Below are positions 20,101-28,487 of a stretch of 64,000 nt of DNA, one piece after another. The notes under the pieces are model-generated. The model was given only the letters and a program-made list of their open reading frames with translations. It was not told the DNA's origin and made no database searches. Made by a program: the position numbers and the translations under genes. This DNA comes from Thermodesulfobacteriota bacterium (GTDB lineage Bacteria; Desulfobacterota; Desulfobacteria; Desulfobacterales; SURF-7), in contig JBMORA010000032.1 in NCBI GenBank assembly GCA_049320885.1, forward strand, positions 32,001 through 96,000, in the 5' to 3' direction. Position 1 is the stretch's first letter, and the number at the start of each line of letters is the position of its first letter.

Positions 20101-21983
20101 TTATCATCAGTCTTTCCCTCCTGGTGACCCTGATCATCTTTTTCCGGTTCGAGGCGGAAATGGCCCGCTTGCAACGCCACGCCAGTCCTTTGCATTTAAG
20201 CGAAATCAGCCGCGGCAAGGCGTTTCTTGCGGCTTTCTTTCTCGGGGCGGACAACCTGAGAAGGCGGCCCCTGCGCACCGGCTTGACCTGTATCACCCTG
20301 ATCATCCTGACCTTCACCATCATGAGCTTCACCACCGTCAAAACCGCCCGCCACCATTCCCGGGTTCGCTTCCGGGACGACCCGGCTTATCAGGGCCTGC
20401 TGTTCAAAAAAGGCAACTGGCAGAGCCTGCCGCCGGAAACCGTGAGCGCCCTTGCCGGAGCCTTTTCCCACGGCGATATCATCGCCCCCCGGGTGTGGCT
20501 GGAGGCCGATGATCCCACCCGCCCGGCCCGGATTCCCATCGGACACGGGGACCGCGTCTTCGATGCCCGGGGAATGCTCGGGCTTGCGGAAAACGAAGTC
20601 CACGTCACCGGAATGGCTCGCCTGCTCACCGGCGGCAGATGGTTTACGGCGAACGAGCGTCAGGCGGTGATCCTGCCGGACCGAATGGCCGCCCATCTCG
20701 GGATCGATCCGGAATCGCCGGAAGGCGCCAGCGTGCGAATCTGGGGCCGGCCCTTCGATGTGGTGGGCGTCTTTTCCGGCAGCCGGTTCCGGCGTTACGC
20801 GGACCTGGACGGCGAGCCGCTCACGCCGGTGACGTTTCCCGATGAAATCGTCACCGAGCTGAGCGAAGTCGAAATGGAAGCCGTGGAAGCCGGGGAGGAC
20901 ATCACCGATTTTCAAAGCCGCTACGAACACGTGGATGCCGACCTGACCGTCATCCTGCCGTTCCGGACGGTGGCCGCGGCAGGGGGGGCGCTGAAAAGCA
21001 TCGCGGTGGGAATGCATCCGACGGCGGATATCGGCGCGATTGCCCGGAAAATGGTGGATCGTTTCGGCCTGTCCCTGTTCAGCGGCGAGGGGCGGAATGG
21101 GTACCTGCATCAGGGTGGAGATGCCATTCGCTACAGCGGTTCGCCGGATATCTTTATTCCCATATGCATTTCGATCCTCATCGTGCTGAACACCATGATC
21201 GGCAGCGTCCATGAACGCAAGCGCGAAATCGGCATCTACACCTCCATCGGGCTGGCGCCTTCCCATGTCGCGTTTTTGTTCATCGCCGAAGCCCTGGCGT
21301 TCGCCGTCATCAGCGTCGTCATCGGTTATATCGTCGCCCAGATCAGCGCCACCCTCTTTGGGGGTATCTCCTTCTGGTCCGGCATCACGGTGAACTACTC
21401 CTCTCTTTCGGGTGTGGCCGCCATGCTTCTGGTGGTCATGGTGGTGCTGGTCTCCGTGGTCTATCCGGCCAAAACAGCGGCAAGCATCGCCATCCCGGAT
21501 GTCAACCGTTCGTGGACCCTGCCCGAATCCAGGGACAGCGTCATGGAACTTTCCCTGCCGTTCATGATTCAATCCCGCGAGCTTTCAAGTGTCTGCAGCC
21601 ATTTGCAGGCCTATTTCAAAGCCCACCAGGATGTCTCCCACGGCCTGTTTTCCACGGGCGAGATGACGACCGTCCATCCGGAAGCGTCTCCCGAATTCCA
21701 CCCCCGGCCGGATGTCCCGGCCTGCGCCCAGCTGCGCCAGAAAGTCTGGCTGGCTCCTTTTGATTTCGGCATCATGCAGCTGGTGACCCTGTCGTTTCGT
21801 TCGTCCGGGAGCGGCTGCGGGATGCTGGAAATGACGGTCCGGCTGGAACGCAAATCCGGCGAGACCAATGCCTGGTGGCGGATCAACAAGGTCTTCCTCA
21901 ACCGCCTGCGCAAGCAGCTGCTCATCTGGCGCTCCCTGGAAAAGGACGCCCGCTCCGGTTCCGGCGGCATATGTTATGACTGA
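17169..21983 (+). CDS. Giant FtsX/MacB-type permease fused to an N-terminal M28-peptidase-like/PA ectodomain (1604 aa)
   Basis: Signal peptide; DRSTGSPG...AA.FI; PA-like LIYVGRG...AALGARALIF; EAFYDS..PGADEALGV; a TM bundle; RRRPLRTGLT; VLNTMIGSVHERKREIGIYTSIG. Confidence 0.8.
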   Translation: MKRPKSILRSKTIRVLACLPAIAFLAAPECRADAREGLMRTVGELAAVQDRSTGSPGCIRAAAFIQAEFQAAGAGPVAVHRFTVPVRRWEKSRLTTEDGRRLTIHPLLLNAAAPETSAAMNTLAQLIYVGRGALADFNHQPVKDAIVLMDMDSGGNWRNAAALGARALIFLDGGISRDGNPEPTPNLFYKEKIELTPLHFPRFRVSRSAFNAWLGRDAGDGLKSPLPKATLFSRIAWENVVAENVYTKIEGRDPRLKKNLLVVEAFYDSTPLVAGLSPGADEALGVAGLISLAGFLKKHPPARSVLLVATSGHAQTLSGFRELVWSLRNETSFQAEREKHLRLELATADRCLSTLEKLARPNLPDDLSHTDIQAAITSQLKNRIDSISRKLIRLRMDPQNRNDTERTHLLVQDRQALQRLEWKNDLSVLSPEEVMRIRELLPSAVQQHRDYREAARLQLDLLESSRIFQECLAGQTISAVICLHLSSHGDGFGAFNKGWLYPLKPTVDRLRAYGALERCLQACALKTAASTGHPSMLADTLRPGSLKDWQSYLADRPELGGEVASLAGYPGISLVTVHDGRFFWGTPDDLPGNMDWEYAARQNAAVCSMIRDLAAHPGLESNKQPADGFSTVSGRVRRMRHGELFADRPVAGALVMAFQGTSRYYAMTDARGDFQLKGVCDKKHVLDKLIIEAFHFQPATGKIIAAIDKRLTGKDAYRLKIKRKDMRTDLILFTCRQTTLFDLLEPRNFNYMTKIELLDGFRDAPPLTYSYSRIDTRSSSMAAVFMEPRSRLKIILSDNLLSKKLLLTGTEPSHPQGIGYRAEDWPSLTYGSFRAATDMWALLSPRIANLESHGIFDESIRRIEDRGLKSLADARRYLDEGLYDRFHGAASTALALASRVYDQVDRTQKDVLFGVLFYIAFFVPFAFCMERLLFACTDIHKRILAFCGILALLVAIIYWVHPAFQLAYNPLVVVLAFIIISLSLLVTLIIFFRFEAEMARLQRHASPLHLSEISRGKAFLAAFFLGADNLRRRPLRTGLTCITLIILTFTIMSFTTVKTARHHSRVRFRDDPAYQGLLFKKGNWQSLPPETVSALAGAFSHGDIIAPRVWLEADDPTRPARIPIGHGDRVFDARGMLGLAENEVHVTGMARLLTGGRWFTANERQAVILPDRMAAHLGIDPESPEGASVRIWGRPFDVVGVFSGSRFRRYADLDGEPLTPVTFPDEIVTELSEVEMEAVEAGEDITDFQSRYEHVDADLTVILPFRTVAAAGGALKSIAVGMHPTADIGAIARKMVDRFGLSLFSGEGRNGYLHQGGDAIRYSGSPDIFIPICISILIVLNTMIGSVHERKREIGIYTSIGLAPSHVAFLFIAEALAFAVISVVIGYIVAQISATLFGGISFWSGITVNYSSLSGVAAMLLVVMVVLVSVVYPAKTAASIAIPDVNRSWTLPESRDSVMELSLPFMIQSRELSSVCSHLQAYFKAHQDVSHGLFSTGEMTTVHPEASPEFHPRPDVPACAQLRQKVWLAPFDFGIMQLVTLSFRSSGSGCGMLEMTVRLERKSGETNAWWRINKVFLNRLRKQLLIWRSLEKDARSGSGGICYD

Positions 21984-23988
21984 AGCTCGAATCTCAACCG
22001 GAGAAACCGGCGACCGCCCACCGAAGATCCGCCTTCGCGCCATTGTGCTGGGAATTCTGGCGGCCGCGCTGATCTGCCTGATCACGCCCTTTCATAACAT
22101 TTATCGCCAGGGGACCCCGCTTGGCGGCGGTCATTTCCCGCTGGCACCCTTCCTGCTGATGTTCTGGATCACCATTCTGGCGGCCGGGGTGAAAAAACTG
22201 ACCCGCGGGCAGGATTGGCTCACCGGCAAGGAGTTGATGATCGTCTGGGTTCTCACGACGCTTGTCTCTGGAATTGCCTATACCGGGCTGACCCGCACTT
22301 TCTTCATCAATCTCACCGCCCCTTATTACTACGCCACCATCGAAAATCGCTGGGCGGAAATACTGCAGCCGCTGCTGCCCTCCGCCTTATATCCGCGGGA
22401 ATACGCCGTCAGGCCCTTCTACGAGGGACTTGCCGGCGGTCGCGACATGGGTTGGCTCTCGATCTGCGGCCAGATCCCTTGGGAGGCTTGGCTGGCGCCC
22501 CTCCTGTTATGGGGGGGATTCATTCTGACCTGTTACGGTGTCATGATCTGCATGATCAATCTGGTGAGCCGGCAGTGGCTCCATAATGAACGGATGAACC
22601 TTCCGCTCCTGCGGGTGCCCATGATCCTTGCGGAGGCCTTCGATAACAACCGGCTTGGAAGCCTTTTGGCCGACGGCTTTCTGATCGCCGGTCTTGCCAT
22701 CGCCGCCGGCCTCCACCTGATCAACGGCCTGCATGTCTACCATCCCTCCGTTCCCCAGATCCCGACGCTGATCCTCGCCGGCGCCTATTTCCCTCCCGCC
22801 GGACTGTTCGATGGATTCCAAAAATTGACGATATATATATACCCGGCCTTCATCGGCTTCGCCTTTCTGACTTCCCGCCAGATCTCCTTTTCCTTCTGGT
22901 TCTTTTTCCTTGCCGGCAGTCTGCTGACGGGCCTCCTGCTCGTCATGGGATACAACATTCCCGCTTCGGCCCTGGGTGTCACCTTCGGACCGACCCTCAC
23001 CCGGCCGGAGGAAACCCAGATGATCGGCGCCTATTTCATTTTCTTCCTGTTTCTGGTCTGGCTGGGACGCCATCATTTTACAGAAATCGTTTCCGATGCA
23101 TTGCATTTCAAGACGCCGGGGCCCTCCCGCACCGAATGGTTTCCCACCAGCCTGTCCTTCTGGGGGTTGCTCACAGGTCTCGGCGTCATCGTGCTCTGGT
23201 TCTGCTGGTTCGGCCTGAGCCTGTGGTTGTCGCTGATGGTGGTCGGTGTTTTTTTCATGGTCATGCTGGTGGCCACCCGGGTGGTCTGCCAGGGCGGTGT
23301 GGCCTATTATACGCTGACAACCTCGCCCCTCGACGGACTCACGGCCTTCGGGGGCCCCCGGATGTTCAGCCATGCCGGCATTCTGATGGCCGCCGTAACC
23401 CAGAAAGTGCTGTTCGTGGACCTGCGGGAATCCCTGATGCCTTCGTTACTGCATGCCGGGGAAGTCACCCACCGGGAAAAAAACCGCCATATCCTGCTGG
23501 CTGGCATCGCCCTCACCCTGATCGTCGGGGTCGCGGTATCCTTCCTTGCCATGCTGGCCCTGTGCTACAAATTCGGCGCCCGGGAGCTGGAACTCGAATG
23601 GGCCACCCGCACCACGCTCACCGTATATGAAACCATCAAAACCGCCGTGGAATCCCCGGACCGGACCGGCGACTGGGTGCCTTTTTTCACCAGCCTGGGC
23701 GCGGGTATCATGCTGCTCCTGGTGATCTGCTATCACCGGGCCTACTGGTGGCCCATTCATCCCATCGGATATCTGACGGCTTACAGTTCCGCCATGCGCA
23801 TTCTCTGGTTCAGTTTTTTCGTGGGCTGGTTGTGCAATTCGCTCTGCCTGCGCTATGGCGGCATCCGGTTGTTCAAACGCCTCAGCCTGTTTTTCGTCGG
23901 CCTCATCATCGGAGATTTTCTGATGGCCGGAATCTGGGCCGTGGTCGGCCTGGTGAGCGGCGGCAGCTACGCGGTCCTGCCCACCTGA
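21976..23988 (+). CDS. Polytopic membrane protein, DUF6785/DUF6784-like (OPT-related by inference)
   Basis: About 16 TM segments; W..W..PL..WG, RQW..NER...PL, WWPIHPIGY, F.GLIIGDF. Family name recalled from memory. Confidence 0.65.
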   Translation: MTEARISTGETGDRPPKIRLRAIVLGILAAALICLITPFHNIYRQGTPLGGGHFPLAPFLLMFWITILAAGVKKLTRGQDWLTGKELMIVWVLTTLVSGIAYTGLTRTFFINLTAPYYYATIENRWAEILQPLLPSALYPREYAVRPFYEGLAGGRDMGWLSICGQIPWEAWLAPLLLWGGFILTCYGVMICMINLVSRQWLHNERMNLPLLRVPMILAEAFDNNRLGSLLADGFLIAGLAIAAGLHLINGLHVYHPSVPQIPTLILAGAYFPPAGLFDGFQKLTIYIYPAFIGFAFLTSRQISFSFWFFFLAGSLLTGLLLVMGYNIPASALGVTFGPTLTRPEETQMIGAYFIFFLFLVWLGRHHFTEIVSDALHFKTPGPSRTEWFPTSLSFWGLLTGLGVIVLWFCWFGLSLWLSLMVVGVFFMVMLVATRVVCQGGVAYYTLTTSPLDGLTAFGGPRMFSHAGILMAAVTQKVLFVDLRESLMPSLLHAGEVTHREKNRHILLAGIALTLIVGVAVSFLAMLALCYKFGARELELEWATRTTLTVYETIKTAVESPDRTGDWVPFFTSLGAGIMLLLVICYHRAYWWPIHPIGYLTAYSSAMRILWFSFFVGWLCNSLCLRYGGIRLFKRLSLFFVGLIIGDFLMAGIWAVVGLVSGGSYAVLPT

Positions 23989-23992
23989 AAAA

Positions 23993-24225
23993 CAATTACG
24001 AATTAGGAATTACGAATTACGAATTGTGGTATTCTATCAATTTGGATACCATACGGATGTATATTCGGAGCCGACCTTCGTTCGTAATGGTTTTCATCGC
24101 CTTCAGCGGAAAAATCAAAATTGAAATTGACAGCATGCCTTCATTCGTAATTCCTAATTCCTAATTCGTAATTGAAATTGACAGCATACCTTCATTCCTA
24201 ATTCGTAATTCGTAATTCGTAATTG
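23993..24225. repeat. MITE-like element: inverted heptamer arrays flanking an AT-rich core, with a 51-bp tandem duplication
   Basis: The left arm is (aattacg/aattagg)x4 at 23994-24021 and the right arm is (cgtaatt/cctaatt)n ending at 24225. A 51-bp unit is repeated at 24119-24169 and 24170-24220. Confidence 0.75.
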
Positions 24226-24230
24226 CTTTT

Positions 24231-26186
24231 ATGGATCGTGAGTTAAAAGAATACCGCGACCTCCTGACGGTTCCGGACCGCTTCGAGGAGGGCTTTGACT
24301 GGAAAACCGTCATCGGCGCGGTCTTCATCGGTTTTCTGATGATGCCCGGAAGCATGTACCTGCAGCTGATGATCGGTACCGGCATCGGCCCGGCGGCCCG
24401 CTGGGTCACCATTATCCTGTTCGCCGAAATCGCCAAGCGCGCCTATACGGAAATCAAGCGCCAGGAAATATTCCTGCTGTATTACATGGCCGGTGCGGCC
24501 ATGGCCTCGCCCTTCCAGGGACTTTTGTGGAGCCAATACCTCGTGCAATCGGACGCGGCCCGCATGCTCGGCCTTGCGGAATTCATTCCGGCATGGGTGG
24601 CCCCCCCGCCGGAAACCGCCTCCCTCCTGGAGCGAACCTTTTTTCACCGCGACTGGCTGATTCCGATCCTGCTGCTGGTGGGTTCCCAGCTGATTCAACG
24701 CATTGATCATTTCGGGCTCGGCTATGCGCTGTACCGGCTCACTTCGGATGTGGAAAAACTGCCCTTTCCCATGGCTCCGGTGGGAGCCCTCGGCACCATG
24801 GCCCTGGCGGAATCCACTGAAGAAAAGGAAACCGGCTGGAAATGGCGGGTGTTTTCCATCGGCGGCGTGATCGGCCTGGCCTTCGGCGGAATCTATGTCC
24901 TGCTGCCGGCGGTTTCCGGACTGCTGTTGATCGAACCCATTCGTCTGATTCCCCTTCCCTGGGTGGAATTGACCCGCTACACCGAGGGCCTGCTGCCGGC
25001 GGTGGCCACCGGGATCCAACTCGACCTGGGGCTGGTGTTCATCGGAATGGTGCTCCCCTTTTGGGCGGTCATCGGAGGATTGGCAGGGCTTTTCATCACC
25101 ATCCTTCTGAATCCCATTCTCCACCATCACGGCATCTTGCGCAGATGGCACGAGGGCATGGGGACCGTGGACACAGTCTTCGCCAACAATTTCGACTTTT
25201 ACATGAGTTTCGGAATCGGCCTGGGCCTGGCCATCGCCTTCGTCGGCGTCTTTTATGTGGTGAAATCCTTTCGGCAGGATCCGGGCGCTCCAAGGGGTTC
25301 CCTGAAAGACCTGCTGAAAACGCATCCCGGACGCGGCGATATCAGCATCTGGATCTCCCTTGCCATCTATCTGCTATCCACTCTCGCCTATATCGCCCTT
25401 TGCCGTCTGCTGGTGCCGAATTTCCCCTGGATTTTTTTCCTGGCCTACGGTTTCATCTATACGCCTGTTCTGTCCTATATCACGGCCCGAATGGAAGGCA
25501 TCGCCGGACAATTCGTCAGCCTGCCCATGGTGCGGGAAATCAGCTTTATCGCCGGCGCCAAATATTTCGGTTACCAGGGCATTGAAATCTGGTATGCCCC
25601 CATTCCCATCCACAATTACGGCGAGGCGACGGTCCACTTCCGTCAGATCGAACTCACCGGAACCAGCATCCGCGGCATCATCAAGGCCGAACTGGTGGTT
25701 TTTCCGGTGGTGATTATCGCCGGCCTCCTGTTCTCCCAGTTTATCTGGCGGCTGGCGCCGATTCCTTCCGCGGCCTATCCCTATGCCCAGGAGTTGTGGC
25801 ATTTGCAGGCCCTGAACTCGCTGTTGATGCAGACCTCGACCCTGGAAGGCAATTCCTTGTTTCTGCAATCCCTGACCGGCAACTATGTCCTGGCCGGGCT
25901 GGGATTCGGCCTGCTGGCCTACCTCCTGTTGAACCTGATGGGCCTTCCCGTGCTGCTGATCTACGGGATTATCCGGGGCCTGGGGCAGACCACCCCCCAC
26001 GGCATGCTGCTCGAAGTCGTCGGCGCCTTTCTGGGGCGCTTCTTTTTCCTGAAACGGTACGGCGCCATGTGGCGGCAATACGCGCCGGTTCTGCTGGCGG
26101 GTTTCTCCTGCGGCATGGGACTCAGCGGCATGTTCGCCATGGGATTCGCCTTGATCGTCAAATCCCTGACCCGCATGGCCTATTGA
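24231..26186 (+). CDS. OPT-superfamily-like membrane transporter (peptide transporter)
   Basis: 651 aa and highly hydrophobic; YL.L..G, W.TIILF.E, QE, EKLPFPMA and G...G motifs typical of OPT/YSL-like proteins. Confidence 0.65.
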   Translation: MDRELKEYRDLLTVPDRFEEGFDWKTVIGAVFIGFLMMPGSMYLQLMIGTGIGPAARWVTIILFAEIAKRAYTEIKRQEIFLLYYMAGAAMASPFQGLLWSQYLVQSDAARMLGLAEFIPAWVAPPPETASLLERTFFHRDWLIPILLLVGSQLIQRIDHFGLGYALYRLTSDVEKLPFPMAPVGALGTMALAESTEEKETGWKWRVFSIGGVIGLAFGGIYVLLPAVSGLLLIEPIRLIPLPWVELTRYTEGLLPAVATGIQLDLGLVFIGMVLPFWAVIGGLAGLFITILLNPILHHHGILRRWHEGMGTVDTVFANNFDFYMSFGIGLGLAIAFVGVFYVVKSFRQDPGAPRGSLKDLLKTHPGRGDISIWISLAIYLLSTLAYIALCRLLVPNFPWIFFLAYGFIYTPVLSYITARMEGIAGQFVSLPMVREISFIAGAKYFGYQGIEIWYAPIPIHNYGEATVHFRQIELTGTSIRGIIKAELVVFPVVIIAGLLFSQFIWRLAPIPSAAYPYAQELWHLQALNSLLMQTSTLEGNSLFLQSLTGNYVLAGLGFGLLAYLLLNLMGLPVLLIYGIIRGLGQTTPHGMLLEVVGAFLGRFFFLKRYGAMWRQYAPVLLAGFSCGMGLSGMFAMGFALIVKSLTRMAY

Positions 26187-26223
26187 AAAACAGTCACAAC
26201 CGACCCATCGGAGACAACCGAAG

Positions 26224-26829
26224 ATGAAAACAACCCTGCCGGTCATCCCGCTTTTCCTCATCCTGATCGCCGTCACCGGTGATTGTCAGGATATCCCCCG
26301 CCAGGTTGGCGGCTTTATCCTGGGAACCGACATCCGCCAGTACCGGAACCGCCTCCGGGAAACCACCGCCATGCCCGTTCGTTATAAGGCCTATCTCGTG
26401 GAAATCGAAATCCGTCCGGATGCCTATTTTAAAAGCGGCCTGATCGCCTATGGAACCTGCGACCAATCCGAAAAAATCCTTCGCATCCGGCTGAAATACC
26501 GGGACGGCAGCCGGACGTTTTACGAGCAGCTGCTGGAACGCCTGAAAAAACGTTTCGGGGAGCCGGTTGAATGGCGGGGCGACCCGTTTCAAACCGTCCT
26601 GGCCTGGAAATGGTCCTTCATCGACCGGCAACAAAACGCCGTCAGCCTGACCTTGCAGCACAATACCAAGGACAAGGAACAAAAACTGGGCAATTCCATC
26701 AAATTGACCCTGACCAGTCAGATTCGGAAAGAACAGGCCTGCCATCAGGCGCGGGCAGCGACACCCGTGGACCCGCCCATCCCTTCCATCTCCGGTCCTG
26801 TTGATTGGCGGCTGCTCATTCCGGAATGA
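26224..26829 (+). CDS. Hypothetical exported protein
   Basis: N-terminal hydrophobic signal; IGGF.LG-like start and L.KRFGEP; lies within the operon. Confidence 0.7.
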   Translation: MKTTLPVIPLFLILIAVTGDCQDIPRQVGGFILGTDIRQYRNRLRETTAMPVRYKAYLVEIEIRPDAYFKSGLIAYGTCDQSEKILRIRLKYRDGSRTFYEQLLERLKKRFGEPVEWRGDPFQTVLAWKWSFIDRQQNAVSLTLQHNTKDKEQKLGNSIKLTLTSQIRKEQACHQARAATPVDPPIPSISGPVDWRLLIPE

Positions 26830-27725
26830 ACACAACACATTCCGACTGGCTTGAAACCGCCTGGAACGGCATCCGTTTCCGCAGGCCGCCCCACTGGGAA
26901 ATCACCCGCATCGGCAACCAGGACCTTCTGCTCGCGGATGAGGAAGGCCCGGTCCTGGAAATCAAATGGGGGCCGGCAAGCGGAACTTTTTCCCATGACG
27001 CCCTGTTGAAGCGGCTTGCCCTGAAACATCGGCTTCATGGGCCACCCGGTTTTTCGGCGATTCCGGTCCCCGAAGAATGGGTGCAGGGGCTCCGACGGTT
27101 TCGTCTGTCCGGCTTCGAATGGCGCGACGGGACCACCGGCGGCCGGGGGGTGATTTTTGATTGCCCCCGCTGCTCCAAGGCAGGCCTGATTCAGTTCATT
27201 CATCGGCCCAACCGGAACCATTTCCCGGATATTTCCTCCAATGGGATTTCCACGACCCTGCTGGCCTCTTTCCGCGATCATTCCGAAGACGGCCGGAACC
27301 TGTTTGCCTTGTACGACATCCGGCTTGTCGTGCCGGAAGCCTTCCGACTGCACAGCTACCGTTTTACCGCCGGGGCTTTCGAATTGCACTTCCGGCACCG
27401 GCGGATATCCCTGACCTTCTATCGCTGGGGACTGGCCGGTTTGCGGCTGGCGGGCAACGATCTGGCGCTTTTCGGCAGGAAGATTTTCGCCGTTACAAAC
27501 CCCGTGACCCAGGAAAACCGGTCCGCAACGGAAGAATCCGTTGAATGGCGACTCGCCGCCCCACCCTGGTGGTCACGCCTGATTTCCAAGGCTCCCTTTC
27601 AGCAATGCCGCTTGCGGTACATTGAATCCCGGGATCGCATCCTCGGCGTCCGTATCACCGGGAAACAACCCATAAACGACGGGATTTTCAGGCAACTCAC
27701 CCAGGATTTTACCCTTGTTCCGTAA
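26826..27725 (+). CDS. Hypothetical protein
   Basis: ATGA coupling to the upstream gene and overlap with the PqqD gene; WNGI.F..P..W, CPRC, ALYD.RL.VP..F.L. Confidence 0.7.
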   Translation: MNTTHSDWLETAWNGIRFRRPPHWEITRIGNQDLLLADEEGPVLEIKWGPASGTFSHDALLKRLALKHRLHGPPGFSAIPVPEEWVQGLRRFRLSGFEWRDGTTGGRGVIFDCPRCSKAGLIQFIHRPNRNHFPDISSNGISTTLLASFRDHSEDGRNLFALYDIRLVVPEAFRLHSYRFTAGAFELHFRHRRISLTFYRWGLAGLRLAGNDLALFGRKIFAVTNPVTQENRSATEESVEWRLAAPPWWSRLISKAPFQQCRLRYIESRDRILGVRITGKQPINDGIFRQLTQDFTLVP

Positions 27726-28104
27726 AACCCAACCACCCCCGATAACGCACCGCCAGGCCCTGGAGTGCCGACCGATCCGCAACGCGGAAGTCGTCACTTC
27801 GCACCTGGAATCGGGCGCGGCCCTGCTGACGTATCCCGTTCGCCCAAAGCCCTGGCTCGCGGCCCTGGTGCGGTTGGGGGCGCGCCTGTCGCGGGACAGG
27901 TCCGGAGGAGGGAACCGGTCCGGAAAACTGGAGCTGGATGGATTGGGGACAGCGGTATGGGACATGGTGGACGGACGCCGATCGGTCCGGGAAATCGTGG
28001 AGCAATTCACCCGGCAGCAACGCCTGCATCCCCGCGAGGCGGAAATCGCTGTCACCCGTTTTCTGCGGGAACTGGGCAGACGCGGCATTATCGGGCTCGG
28101 CTGA
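27715..28104 (+). CDS. PqqD-family / RiPP recognition element (RRE) protein
   Basis: LELDGLGTAVWDMVDGRRSVREIVEQF....L..REAE..V..FLRELGRRGII is the PqqD winged-helix signature. TTG start. Confidence 0.85.
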   Translation: MFRKTQPPPITHRQALECRPIRNAEVVTSHLESGAALLTYPVRPKPWLAALVRLGARLSRDRSGGGNRSGKLELDGLGTAVWDMVDGRRSVREIVEQFTRQQRLHPREAEIAVTRFLRELGRRGIIGLG

Positions 28105-28116
28105 CGGATCAGCCCC

Positions 28117-28467
28117 TCACGGCGACACCAGTTTCCCGAAAGCCAGGATGCCATCATCGACGGAACCGGTGATGGGCAGAAAGGTGTCAAAACCCGAAAT
28201 CTCGAACACTTCCTTCACATAATCCTGCATGGAGCAGAGAACCAGTCCCCCGTTCCTGCGCTTCAAATCCTTGGCGGCTTTTAAAATCACCCGCAGCCCC
28301 GCGCTGGAGATATAATCCAGCCCACCGAAATCGATGGCCACTTTTTTTTCGCCGGATTCGATGGCGCCGAAAACAGCCGCCTCGAAATCCGCGGATGAGT
28401 TGGAATCCAAGCGCCCGGCTATCTGAAAAATGACGATGTCCCCCCGCCTGGTCTGAGTGATCTCCAT
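28117..28467 (-). CDS. STAS-domain anti-sigma factor antagonist (RsbV/SpoIIAA-like)
   Basis: GRLD, LDYISSAGLRV with the phospho-acceptor Ser, V.EVFEISGF. Confidence 0.93.
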   Translation of the reverse strand: MEITQTRRGDIVIFQIAGRLDSNSSADFEAAVFGAIESGEKKVAIDFGGLDYISSAGLRVILKAAKDLKRRNGGLVLCSMQDYVKEVFEISGFDTFLPITGSVDDGILAFGKLVSP

Positions 28468-28487
28468 TTTCTCTCCTTACTTACCGG

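Noticed and set aside
23993..24225. Possible CRISPR array
   Set aside because: The repeats are contiguous heptamers and one 51-bp duplication, with no unique spacers and no cas genes.
23748..24436. ORFs containing NYELGITNYEL / ITNYELRIRN as possible RiPP precursors
   Set aside because: The repeated peptide is just the translation of the heptamer DNA repeat, and the ORFs overlap real genes.
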